Shown in pieces: positions 1 to 8,377 of a DNA stretch of 64,000 bases. This stretch comes from Eubacteriales bacterium (GTDB taxonomy: Bacteria > Bacillota > Clostridia > Oscillospirales > CAG-272). The notes beneath the pieces were generated by a model. That model searched no databases and had not been told where the DNA came from. It saw only the letters and a list, made by a program, of their open reading frames with translations. Where the stretch lies: the NCBI GenBank assembly GCA_045659245.1, contig JAZOWN010000055.1, positions 4,543 to 68,542 of the forward strand, written 5' to 3'. The translations under genes were made by a program, and so were the position numbers. The stretch's first letter is position 1, and every line of letters begins with the position of its first letter.

Positions 1-279
1 CTTTGCGCCCTGCGCAAATACCTGACCTGCGCCGAGAGCGTTGTGACCAACCTCTGAGTTACCCATGTCGTCGTCTGAGGGAAGACCTACGGCTGTGCCG
101 TGAGCCTTGAGAGATACCATGGGATAATTTGCCATAAGCATGTCCAATGTGGGTGTATATGCGGTAGCGACCGCGTTTGCAGCGGATTCGGGAGCAAGAC
201 CTACGCCGTCCATAACTATTGTAAGGACAGGACCCTGCACACCGTCAAAATTAGAAAGCTTTTTAAGTGTTTGTGCCAT
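1..279 (-). CDS. gpmI: 2,3-bisphosphoglycerate-independent phosphoglycerate mutase, N-terminal 93 codons (gene continues beyond the left edge)
   Basis: Own reverse-strand translation from ATG at complement(277..279): MAQTLKKLSNFDGVQGPVLTIVMDGVGLAPES...LKAHGTAVGLPSDDDMGNSEVGHNALGAGQVFAQGAK. The DDMGNSEVGHxxxGAG block is the iPGM active-site signature. Absent from the ORF track because the window edge truncates it. Confidence 0.8.
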   Translation of the reverse strand, partial: MAQTLKKLSNFDGVQGPVLTIVMDGVGLAPESAANAVATAYTPTLDMLMANYPMVSLKAHGTAVGLPSDDDMGNSEVGHNALGAGQVFAQGAK

Positions 280-316
280 AATGACCTCCAAAAAATATTT
301 TATATCAATCTTAAAT

Positions 317-345
317 ATTATACAACCTTTTGGCAATTTTTTCAA
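317..345 (-). promoter_or_regulatory. sigma-A-type promoter candidate for gpmI
   Basis: Minus strand reads TTGAAA (complement 340..345), 17 nt, TATAAT (complement 317..322), about 38 nt upstream of the gpmI ATG. Confidence 0.45.
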
Positions 346-417
346 TAGGCTTGCAAAATTTTTTCTGAAAATCTTAGAAAATTAAAATTATTTTCGCTTA
401 TAAAATTAATAATATAC

Positions 418-446
418 TTGAATTTATTAAAAAAAAGGTGTATAAT
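418..446 (+). promoter_or_regulatory. sigma-A-type promoter candidate for the mrp-like gene
   Basis: TTGAAT (418..423), 17 nt, TATAAT (441..446). The TTG used as ORF-track start at 418 is the -35 element, which argues for the downstream ATG at 490. Confidence 0.5.
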
Positions 447-489
447 AGGATGTGCTGGATTATTTTTTCAAAATGAAAGGAATTTAAAT

Positions 490-1326
490 ATGTCAGAATG
501 TACTCATAACTGCTCGACGTGCTCTTCGAACTGTTCTTCAAAGGACAAAAAATCTCTCACAGAGCCTGCACACGAGCTGAGCAGCGTTAAACACATAATC
601 GCAGTTGTCAGCGGAAAGGGCGGAGTTGGAAAGTCTCTCGTTACCTCGATGCTTGCAGTCAATATGCAAAGACTCGGATACAAGACCGCGATACTTGACG
701 CGGACGTAACGGGCCCGTCTATCCCCAAGTCCTTTGGACTTAAGGCGTCCGTTGAGGGCGACGACAAGGGAATGATACCCCCAAGCACCACATCGGGAAT
801 TGATATTATGTCAATAAATCTTATGCTTGACGACGAAACGAAGCCCGTAATTTGGCGTGGCCCCGTTATCGCAGGCGCGGTAAAGCAGTTCTGGACGGAC
901 ACCATCTGGCACGACATTGACTACATGTTTATCGACTGTCCTCCCGGAACGGGCGACGTTCCGCTTACGGTATTCCAGTCTATTCCGATAGACGGTATAG
1001 TTATCGTAAGCAGTCCTCAGGAGCTTGTTTCTATGATAGTTGAAAAGGCCGCTAACATGGCTGCTATGATGGACGTTCCGGTTTACGGTATCGTGGAGAA
1101 TATGAGCTACGCTAAGTGTCCTGATTGCGGTAAGGAGATAAAGGTTTTCGGCGACAGCCATATTGACGCAATTGCAGAGAAGTTCGGTTACGACCTGCTT
1201 GGAAGAATTCCTATGGACTCGAAGCTTTCTGCCCTCGTTGATAAGGGTTGGATAGAGATGATGAATAACGATTATCTCGATCGTGCCGCAGAGATACTTG
1301 TTAACAGAACGCAGAAAAAGATGTAA
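490..1326 (+). CDS. Mrp/NBP35 (ApbC) family Fe-S cluster carrier ATPase
   Basis: Deviant Walker A VVSGKGGVGKS, ParA/MinD-like core, CPDCG motif near the C-terminus, Cys-rich N-terminus MSECTHNCSTCSSNCSS. Start moved to ATG 490 (GAAAGG Shine-Dalgarno upstream), in frame with track ORF 418..1326. Confidence 0.85.
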   Translation: MSECTHNCSTCSSNCSSKDKKSLTEPAHELSSVKHIIAVVSGKGGVGKSLVTSMLAVNMQRLGYKTAILDADVTGPSIPKSFGLKASVEGDDKGMIPPSTTSGIDIMSINLMLDDETKPVIWRGPVIAGAVKQFWTDTIWHDIDYMFIDCPPGTGDVPLTVFQSIPIDGIVIVSSPQELVSMIVEKAANMAAMMDVPVYGIVENMSYAKCPDCGKEIKVFGDSHIDAIAEKFGYDLLGRIPMDSKLSALVDKGWIEMMNNDYLDRAAEILVNRTQKKM

Positions 1327-1331
1327 AAATC

Positions 1332-1360
1332 GGGGCAGGCGCAGAATATGCGGCCGCCCC
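1332..1360. terminator. GC-rich hairpin between convergent genes (terminator, better suited to the minus-strand LRR gene)
   Basis: GGGGCaGGC...GCCGCCCC imperfect stem. On the minus strand it is followed by a T-run (complement of AAAAAT at 1325..1330). No T-run on the plus side. Confidence 0.5.
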
Positions 1361-1368
1361 TATCGTCA

Positions 1369-2172
1369 TTATCCCGGAACGTAATTTAAGGTGATCGATA
1401 TTTTTTTGAAATAATCGTTGCCCTCAAGGACCTCGATCTTTTGGAAATCGCTTACGCTTCCTTCGTACAATATGCTCGTTATCTTGCTGCCCTCCTCAAA
1501 TGCAAAGGCGGCAATTGCCCGAACGTCGGTGCTTAACAGATAAGACGTTGCGGAAATATTCATAGGAATGCAAATAAGAACGGACTTATCCTCGGAAAAG
1601 AGAACACCGTCAGCGGAGGAGTAGATCGGGTTGTCGCCCGAAACGCTTATCTCTGTAAGCGATCTGCATCCTCTGAACGCTCCCGCACCTATGGTGCGAA
1701 CGCTCGCGGGAATGCTTATGCTGACTATATTTTTACAGCCCTCGAACGCGCCGTCTGCAATCTTTACTACCTTGTCACCGGATGGACTGTACGTAGGGAT
1801 ATCAATTTGTGTAAGCGTGCACGTTCCTATTCCGTCGATAGCACAGGTGCCGTTTCCAAGGCTTACGTAATTAAGTCCGTTTATTCCGCTTACGTCAACA
1901 GGCGGAAGCGTATCATCGGGCTCCTCGGTTTTTTCGGTTTGCACGGATTCGGTGCTTTCGGTATCTTCTATGGGGTTGAATACGGCGATGTTGCTGTCGG
2001 TGTCGGGCGTTTCCACAGAGTCTTTGCCGTCGCCCGCACCCTCGGAAGCTTTTCGGCTGAAGCTCGCTATTATACAGCTTGCAATTATTGCGATAAGTAT
2101 CAAAGTCGCAAGCATTCCGATAACAACAGATTTCTTTTTGGGGTCGTTTTTGATCGTTTCTAACATTTTCAT
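1369..2172 (-). CDS. BspA-type leucine-rich-repeat surface protein with N-terminal membrane anchor
   Basis: N-terminal TM VVIGMLATLILIAIIASCIIASF. Repeats of the LRR_5/BspA kind: IADGAFEGCKNIVSISIPASVRTIGAGAFRGCRSLTEISV, VRAIAAFAFEEGSKITSI. Confidence 0.7.
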   Translation of the reverse strand: MKMLETIKNDPKKKSVVIGMLATLILIAIIASCIIASFSRKASEGAGDGKDSVETPDTDSNIAVFNPIEDTESTESVQTEKTEEPDDTLPPVDVSGINGLNYVSLGNGTCAIDGIGTCTLTQIDIPTYSPSGDKVVKIADGAFEGCKNIVSISIPASVRTIGAGAFRGCRSLTEISVSGDNPIYSSADGVLFSEDKSVLICIPMNISATSYLLSTDVRAIAAFAFEEGSKITSILYEGSVSDFQKIEVLEGNDYFKKISITLNYVPG

Positions 2173-2340
2173 TTTTTAACTCCTTAATTTTTAACTTGTA
2201 TTCAAATATTACCATATTTTGGTAATTCTGTCAACAAGATTCGTTCGACAAAAAGCAGTGAAAAAGACAACGTTTTTTGTAAAAATCGTTGTAATCGTGC
2301 GTGTTCAACACATATTTACCGAATTTTCAGAGAGATTTTT

Positions 2341-3369
2341 ATGAGTATTATTTTAGGAAAATATAATTTACCGAACGGACTGATGTTAGCGCCTATGGCG
2401 GGTGTTACTGACAGCACCTTCCGACTTCTTTGTAAGAGGCTTGGTGCTGAATTTACAGTAAGCGAAATGGTGTGCGCAAAAGCTCTTTGCTATGAGCAAA
2501 GGAGTAAAAAAATAAGTGAAAAAAGTGCCACGGCGGCGCTTGCTCGCGTAAAGCTCGAGGAGATGCCGATGGCGGTGCAGATATTCGGCAGTGAGCCCGA
2601 ATTTATGGCGGAGGCTGCTAAAATGATAGAGAGCAACTCTTATCGAGGCTGCCTTTCAAGCGCTGTGCCTGCCTCAATAGATATAAATATGGGTTGCCCC
2701 GTCAGAAAAATCACTGCAAATGGTGAGGGAAGCGCACTTATGAAAAATCCCAAGCTGGCGGCAGATATTGTAAGGGCGGTAAGGGGCGCTGTGAGTATTC
2801 CAGTTACGGTTAAAATAAGAGCCGGATGGGATGAAAAAAGCGTTTGCGCTCCTGAATTTGCCAAAGCGCTTGAGGATGCGGGCGCTGACATGGTGTGCGT
2901 TCATGCAAGAACCCGAGAGAGACTTTATTTACCGGGAATAGACTTGTCGGTTATAGAAAAAACAAAAAAAGCCGTCAGCATTCCCGTAGTAGGAAACGGT
3001 GACGTGCGAAGTGCTGCTGACGCGCTTGAAATGATAAACAAGACGGGCTGCGACGGAATAATGGTCGGCAGAGGTGCCGAGGGCAATCCTTGGATATTTT
3101 CTGAAATTTCCGCAGCTCTTTGCGGAGAAAAATTTGATTATCCTGATTTCGAGTCGCGTATGCGCGTAGCGCTCGGTCAGCTTGACGAAATGATAACAGA
3201 GAAGGGCGAGAGAACGGGAGTTGCCGAGGCGAAAAAGCACATGGCGTGGTACGTAAGCGGAGTGCGTGACTCCAACAAAGCGCGCGCTGAGCTGATGACT
3301 GCAACAACGTCACATCAGATAAAAGAGATCGTTGAACGCTTGATAGTTAATGCAAAAGCGGAGGAGTGA
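2341..3369 (+). CDS. dusB: tRNA-dihydrouridine synthase
   Basis: LAPMAGVTDSTFRLLCKRLGA, catalytic-Cys block IDINMGCPVRKI, TIM-barrel blocks VTVKIRAGWD and VHARTR, C-terminal helical domain. Confidence 0.85.
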   Translation: MSIILGKYNLPNGLMLAPMAGVTDSTFRLLCKRLGAEFTVSEMVCAKALCYEQRSKKISEKSATAALARVKLEEMPMAVQIFGSEPEFMAEAAKMIESNSYRGCLSSAVPASIDINMGCPVRKITANGEGSALMKNPKLAADIVRAVRGAVSIPVTVKIRAGWDEKSVCAPEFAKALEDAGADMVCVHARTRERLYLPGIDLSVIEKTKKAVSIPVVGNGDVRSAADALEMINKTGCDGIMVGRGAEGNPWIFSEISAALCGEKFDYPDFESRMRVALGQLDEMITEKGERTGVAEAKKHMAWYVSGVRDSNKARAELMTATTSHQIKEIVERLIVNAKAEE

Positions 3370-3371
3370 GA

Positions 3372-3983
3372 ATGAAAAAGGCAGCAATAATCACGCTCGA
3401 TCCTGCTGTAAAGGATTTTATTACCCCGGAGCTTGAGCTTTTTGGATATGAGGTGAATATCTATACAAATGCGGCTAATTCATTTGAATTTTTCGATTTT
3501 GTTATTGTAGACGTGGATACAGTAGCCTCGGGAATTACCGATATTTCCGTTCCGATCGTCGCTTTATCTCAAAGATACGGCACTCAAATAGACGGCAAGG
3601 GAAGTATGCTTTCATGGCCTTGCAGACTTTCAGATATATTGAGACTTTGCGAGTCGTTTTGTAACGTGTCTAATGCCGAGAGTCAGAATAAGCACAGAGA
3701 TGCCGACACGGTAAGCGTTATTGATGCAAATACCATCGTGGTAAACAATCATTACGTAAAGCTTTCGCGGCATGAGATGGCACTCTTGCAGGAGCTTTGT
3801 GATTCCGATGGAGAGATCGTTTCAAGAGAGCGGATCATGGCGCTGCTTGGCGCTGACGACGGAAATATTTCCGACGTATATATCTGTCACCTAAGACGGA
3901 AGCTTGACGGCCCGCTTGGGAGAAAGCTTATAATTACCGAACGCGGCAAGGGGTACAGAACGAGCCTAAGGCTTTTAAAGTGA
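3372..3983 (+). CDS. OmpR/PhoB-type winged-helix transcriptional regulator with degenerate receiver-like N-terminus
   Basis: C-terminal wHTH: LSRHEMALLQELC...IVSRERIMALLG...VYICHLRRKLDGPLGRKLIITERGKGYR. ATG 3372 follows the GGAGGAG Shine-Dalgarno, which lies inside the last dusB codons. The track start at 3366 is GTG. Confidence 0.65.
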   Translation: MKKAAIITLDPAVKDFITPELELFGYEVNIYTNAANSFEFFDFVIVDVDTVASGITDISVPIVALSQRYGTQIDGKGSMLSWPCRLSDILRLCESFCNVSNAESQNKHRDADTVSVIDANTIVVNNHYVKLSRHEMALLQELCDSDGEIVSRERIMALLGADDGNISDVYICHLRRKLDGPLGRKLIITERGKGYRTSLRLLK

Positions 3984-3999
3984 GTGAATTAAACGAAAA

Positions 4000-4025
4000 A
4001 ACGAACTGCCAAAAGGCAGTTCGTT
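4000..4025. terminator. bidirectional intrinsic terminator
   Basis: Perfect 11-bp stem AACGAACTGCC / GGCAGTTCGTT with AAAA loop, A-run upstream and T-rich downstream, between convergent genes. Confidence 0.75.
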
Positions 4026-4030
4026 TATAT

Positions 4031-4255
4031 TCAGTTCTTCTTTTCAAGATAGTTTACAACGTCACCGACTGTGGTGAAGCCGCGGATCTCATCGTCATCT
4101 ATGTCGATGCCGAATCTGTCCTCACAGATCATAACGAGATCTGCAAGCTCGATAGAGTTAATACCAAGGTCATTGGAAAGCTCCGACTCCATGGTTATTT
4201 CGTTTCTGTCAATTTGAAGCTCATCAACGAGAATGTTAACAAACTGTTCGTACAT
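4031..4255 (-). CDS. acyl carrier protein (stand-alone)
   Basis: 74 aa, acidic. Phosphopantetheine-site block LGINSIELADLVMICEDRFGIDI aligns with ACP LGxDSLDxVELVMxLEEEF. The overlapping plus-strand ORF 3980..4291 has no recognisable features. Confidence 0.75.
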   Translation of the reverse strand: MYEQFVNILVDELQIDRNEITMESELSNDLGINSIELADLVMICEDRFGIDIDDDEIRGFTTVGDVVNYLEKKN

Positions 4256-4443
4256 TACGTCCTCCTGATTTGTTGTATGTTATATTATTAGTGTGAGTAT
4301 TTCTCACACAGCACCATTATATTACAAAAATGGTATTTTGTCAAGCAAAAAATTAATATGTAAAATACTTAATACTAAAAATTCAAGAATTATTAACTTT
4401 TTAACTAAATGCAGAATATCAAAAAGAAGGGAGGCGTGTATTC

Positions 4444-6741
4444 TTGGGACTGTTTCATAGGCGTCCGCTGTGCTTATTTTGCTTACTGTTTATCATTACG
4501 GCTGCGATCCCAGCGCAGGTAGCGCTTGGGGTGAAAACGTGGATAGTCGTCTCCGTGGGGATAGCCTTAATTTTTTGCAGTGTGCTTTTCATAATACTTA
4601 AAAAGAACAGAATGCACGTTCTTTTTTCGGTGCTTTGCTTATTGGTAATGCTCGCGTCGATTGCGAACGTCGCGCTCAGGGTCGATCTGCCCCGTGATAG
4701 AGCCCAAAAATATGAGGGAAAATATAATGCGGCTATAAGTATCATAGATAAAGAGTATTCCTCAAGATATACTGATAAGTACGTCGTTTACATAGAAAAT
4801 ATAGATGGCGAGGAAGTTCGCAAAAAATCTATCCTGACCTGCTCCTCGGATACCCCTCTCAATATCGGTGACGTGCTATATGCTGAGGTTGAGATCTCGC
4901 CTGTTAAGAAAGATGCGGACGAAAGCCGCTATCTAGACAACGATATTCTCTTAAGCGTTGATCTTGACGGGAACGCCGCGGCGCTTGTAGACCGCTTTGA
5001 TTATGAAGCGCCGCTGTGGGAGCGGATCTTTGCCCGTAACGGAATACACGTGACCTTATTTCAGATGCGCGAGCTTGTTAGCAACAGAGCGGTCACGGTG
5101 TTTGGCGAAGAACTGGGCGGTATGGTAAAGGGCTTTCTTATCGGAGATACGTCGGATATGTCAACCGAGACGCTGAGAGATTTCCGCAGAACGGGCGTAT
5201 CTCACCTGTTTGCGGTAAGCGGAATGCACATTACTGTTCTCCTTGGCTTTGTTGAATTGATCTTAAAAAAGCTTTACGTTCCAAAGCTCGGAAGAATGGC
5301 GGTAGTCTCTCTTTTGTCCGTCGGCTTGCTTTGTCTTACGGGATTTTCAATGTCAGCGCTTCGCTCCGTATTTATGCTGTGGATAGTTTACATAGCCTTT
5401 TTGCTTTCCGAGGAGCCCGATGCGCCTACTACGTTGTTTATCGCAGTATCGGTCACCATGCTTATTTTCCCGTATTCCGTATACGAGCTTGGTCTGTGGA
5501 TGTCCTTTTTGGCAACGCTCGGGCTTTTAACGGTATATCCGTTAGTAAACGAAGCAATCAGATTACCTAAAATAGAGAACAGATTTATTGCTGTGTCTGT
5601 CAAGGCAATAAAGGCGGCTGCGATGACGGCGGCAATGACCTTGATCTCAACTATGTTTTTGCTTCCTATTCAGTGGTATTTCTTCGGAGAGCTTTCTCTG
5701 GTTTCCGTGCCCGCGAATATGCTGCTCTCGCCTATCAGCACCGTATTTATGATCTTTGGACTCGCATTTATGCTTTTTGGTTCTATTCCGTACGTAGGCT
5801 CTGTCGGAGTCGCCGCAACGGAAAAAATTGGCGCGGCTATGATCTGGGTAGCAAAAAAGCTTTCTGCGCTTTCTGTTGCAACCATCTCCTTGCGATATGC
5901 CTTTGCTTGGATATTGGTCGTACTGTTTACAGTAGCACTCGTAGTGCTTCTTGTTATAAAGCTAAAAAGAAAATGGCTCATTTGCGTTCCTTTTCTTGTG
6001 TTTTCTCTTTCACTTGGGATAGGCGTTGCGGCATATAACTCATTTGCACCTAATAATATGACGTATTATAAGAGTGGAAGCAGTGAGACTGTGGCTATTA
6101 GAAGCTGTGGAAAGACGTGTATAGTTGATATGTCGAGCGGCGCATACGACGGCTTTTCCGATGCGCTTACGGATTCAGCTAAGTACGGCGCGACCTACGT
6201 TGACAGTATAATCTTTACGAATATAACCAATTATCACATATCGTCAATGGAGTATTTTCTTCGCAAGAACATAGTAAAAAGTATATATATACCAAAGCCT
6301 ATGGAACAGGCTGACATAAGTCGTGCGCTGGAGCTTTCAAAGCTTGCAGATAGGCTCGGCGTTAACGTATATCTTTATGAAAACGGAGACTCATTTACGG
6401 TAGGAAACGTGACGCTCGGCGTGGGAAATTTCCGCGACGGCGAGCAAAAGGGAAATGCCGTTTTCGTGTACGGACAGGACGAGAGCTTGGGATATGTTGA
6501 CGAGTGTACCTTTGAGATGTGCAGTCCCGAGGTCATTGATTCGTTTACCTCGGAATGTACGGGGATAATTGTCGGCGGTGACAATACACATGAGGATAAT
6601 TTTTCGTGCGCGGTTTTGCCGAGCGCTACCGTGATATATACCTCGGAGGAGGTGGCGCGAAGAAGCCTTGTTGAGGCATCGGACGAGCATAGCTACTTTA
6701 TAAGCGGAAAATATCAAACAGTTACGCTGACGTTCAAATAA
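4444..6741 (+). CDS. comEC: ComEC/Rec2 family DNA-internalisation channel protein
   Basis: Competence-domain hallmark FRRTGVSHLFAVSGMHITVLLG, many TM segments, N-terminal OB-like region, C-terminal metallo-beta-lactamase-like region with a degenerate His motif. TTG start preceded by GGGAGG. Confidence 0.8.
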   Translation: MGLFHRRPLCLFCLLFIITAAIPAQVALGVKTWIVVSVGIALIFCSVLFIILKKNRMHVLFSVLCLLVMLASIANVALRVDLPRDRAQKYEGKYNAAISIIDKEYSSRYTDKYVVYIENIDGEEVRKKSILTCSSDTPLNIGDVLYAEVEISPVKKDADESRYLDNDILLSVDLDGNAAALVDRFDYEAPLWERIFARNGIHVTLFQMRELVSNRAVTVFGEELGGMVKGFLIGDTSDMSTETLRDFRRTGVSHLFAVSGMHITVLLGFVELILKKLYVPKLGRMAVVSLLSVGLLCLTGFSMSALRSVFMLWIVYIAFLLSEEPDAPTTLFIAVSVTMLIFPYSVYELGLWMSFLATLGLLTVYPLVNEAIRLPKIENRFIAVSVKAIKAAAMTAAMTLISTMFLLPIQWYFFGELSLVSVPANMLLSPISTVFMIFGLAFMLFGSIPYVGSVGVAATEKIGAAMIWVAKKLSALSVATISLRYAFAWILVVLFTVALVVLLVIKLKRKWLICVPFLVFSLSLGIGVAAYNSFAPNNMTYYKSGSSETVAIRSCGKTCIVDMSSGAYDGFSDALTDSAKYGATYVDSIIFTNITNYHISSMEYFLRKNIVKSIYIPKPMEQADISRALELSKLADRLGVNVYLYENGDSFTVGNVTLGVGNFRDGEQKGNAVFVYGQDESLGYVDECTFEMCSPEVIDSFTSECTGIIVGGDNTHEDNFSCAVLPSATVIYTSEEVARRSLVEASDEHSYFISGKYQTVTLTFK

Positions 6742-6814
6742 GCTTTGTCAAAACAAGGCTTTGCTTCATATCATAATAATGTAATTCCAAAATCTCTTAA
6801 TGGGAGATAGAAAT

Positions 6815-7720
6815 ATGAAGCACAAATATAAATTTGCTATTCTTGGCGGAGATATGCGCCAATACGCGGTTGCAAGGTCGATCTGCGCAAATGAAAACAT
6901 CAGTATTTGCGTAAGCGCGCTTTGCCGTGAATGCACAGACGACACCGAAATACGTGAGTGTGACGACGTGCGCGAGGCTCTTAAAGATGCCGATGCGGTG
7001 GTGTTGCCCTTGCCCGTAAGCACGGACGGAGTGACCTTGAACTGTCCCGGATACCTTGAAAATCAAAGAATTACACTTGACAGTATTATTGAAGCCATGG
7101 AGGAAAAATCAATACTTTTCGGCGGACGAATACCACCAAGTACAACTGTAAAGGCGCAGGCAAAGGGAATAAAGGTTTACGATTATTTTCTTTGCGAGCC
7201 ATTGCAGATAAAGAATGCATATATCACCGCAGAGGCGGCAATAAGCATTGCCATGAACAGCCTCGATAAGTGTTTGCGAGGAGCGACAGTAGCGGTGACG
7301 GGAACGGGAAGAATATCAAGGCTTCTCTGCGAGCTTCTTTTAAAGCTTGGAAGCCGAGTTACGGTTGCGGGCAGAAATGCCGATGCGCTCGCATATTTTG
7401 AAATCATGGGGTGCAAAACGCTTCTCATAGATGGGGAGAGCGGCTGGAGCGGCGAGCTTGAGCGTGGGTATGATATAATCTTCAACACCGTACCCTCATG
7501 GATATTCGACAGAAAATTTCTCGAGCGTGCGGATAAAACCCTGACTGTTATAGAGCTTGCGTCAGCACCCGGCGGAGTTGACATCTGCGCAGCGCGCGAG
7601 CTTGGTACGAACGTTTTATGGGCTTCCTCGCTTCCCGGAAAGTACGCTCCGCATACTGCGGGAATACTTATCGGTGAGTGCGTTTGCCAAGCCTTCGAAA
7701 AAATGGAGGTGAGGAAATGA
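6815..7720 (+). CDS. dpaA: dipicolinate synthase subunit A
   Basis: FAILGGDMRQ N-terminus, Rossmann block VAVTGTGRISRLLCELLLKLGSRVTVAGRN, typical length, followed by dpaB with ATGA overlap. ATG 6815 chosen (GGGAGA Shine-Dalgarno 7 nt upstream). Track start is 6800. Confidence 0.8.
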   Translation: MKHKYKFAILGGDMRQYAVARSICANENISICVSALCRECTDDTEIRECDDVREALKDADAVVLPLPVSTDGVTLNCPGYLENQRITLDSIIEAMEEKSILFGGRIPPSTTVKAQAKGIKVYDYFLCEPLQIKNAYITAEAAISIAMNSLDKCLRGATVAVTGTGRISRLLCELLLKLGSRVTVAGRNADALAYFEIMGCKTLLIDGESGWSGELERGYDIIFNTVPSWIFDRKFLERADKTLTVIELASAPGGVDICAARELGTNVLWASSLPGKYAPHTAGILIGECVCQAFEKMEVRK

Positions 7721-8277
7721 TCGGCTTTGCTATGTGCGGCTCCTACTGTACACATAAATATGCGCTTGCACAGCTTAAAATGCTCATAGAAAGCGGATAT
7801 GATGTCTTGCCGATAATGAGCGAGAACGTTTATTCGACCGATACGCGATTTGGAAAAGCCGAAAAGCTTATAAGTGACGTCACCGAAATGTGCGGTCACG
7901 AGGTGATCCATACTGTTCTTGATGCAGAACCGATAGGACCTAAAATGGCACTTGAAGCAATGATAATCTGTCCTTGCACGGGAAACACCCTGGCAAAAAT
8001 GGCAAACGGTATTACCGATACAGCGGTGACAATGGCGGCAAAAGCTCATCTGAGAAGCGACCGTCCGCTTGTAATTGCGCTTGCCTCAAACGACGCCCTC
8101 TCGGCAAACCTTAAAAATATCGGTCAGCTTCTTTCACGAAAGTGCGTATATTTTGTGCCGCTTTATCAGGACGATCCGAAGAATAAGCCACATTCGCTTA
8201 TCGCCGATTTTTCACTTCTCAAACCCACGCTTGACGAAGCAATAAAGGGGGAGCAGTATCAAAAGATTTTTATTTAG
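7717..8277 (+). CDS. dpaB: dipicolinate synthase subunit B (flavoprotein)
   Basis: MIGFAMCGSYCTHKYALAQLKMLIESGYDVLPIMS and PCTGNTLAKMANGITD match SpoVFB-type flavoprotein blocks. ATG 7717 overlaps the dpaA stop (ATGA), with GGAGGTGAGG Shine-Dalgarno. Confidence 0.85.
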   Translation: MIGFAMCGSYCTHKYALAQLKMLIESGYDVLPIMSENVYSTDTRFGKAEKLISDVTEMCGHEVIHTVLDAEPIGPKMALEAMIICPCTGNTLAKMANGITDTAVTMAAKAHLRSDRPLVIALASNDALSANLKNIGQLLSRKCVYFVPLYQDDPKNKPHSLIADFSLLKPTLDEAIKGEQYQKIFI

Positions 8278-8330
8278 ATAAGGTAAAAAGTGGCAGCCAA
8301 AAACTTGAATAATACTACCGCAAAAACGTC

Positions 8331-8376
8331 AATACTCCCGATATAACAGAGGCTAAGCCTTGATATCGGGAGTATT
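8331..8376 (+). promoter_or_regulatory. RBS-sequestering hairpin immediately upstream of sigG
   Basis: Perfect 14-bp inverted repeat AATACTCCCGATAT (8331..8344) / ATATCGGGAGTATT (8363..8376), 18-nt loop. The right arm contains the GGGAG Shine-Dalgarno and ends 1 nt before ATG 8378. Confidence 0.7.
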
Positions 8377-8377
8377 T

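Noticed and set aside
3980-4291. 103-aa plus-strand ORF overlapping the ACP gene
   Set aside because: The opposite strand encodes a textbook ACP, and the plus-strand ORF begins inside the upstream gene's stop region and crosses the terminator hairpin.
6766-6774. CATATCATA upstream of dpaA resembling the sigma-K -10 element (CATAnnnTA)
   Set aside because: There is no AC -35 element at the required 16-17 nt spacing (the nearest AC is only 11 nt upstream), so I cannot support a sigma-K promoter call from sequence alone.
7183-8049. 288-aa minus-strand ORF spanning dpaA/dpaB
   Set aside because: It is antisense to two well-supported genes, its composition is Cys/His/Ser/Arg-rich and implausible, and it has no Shine-Dalgarno.
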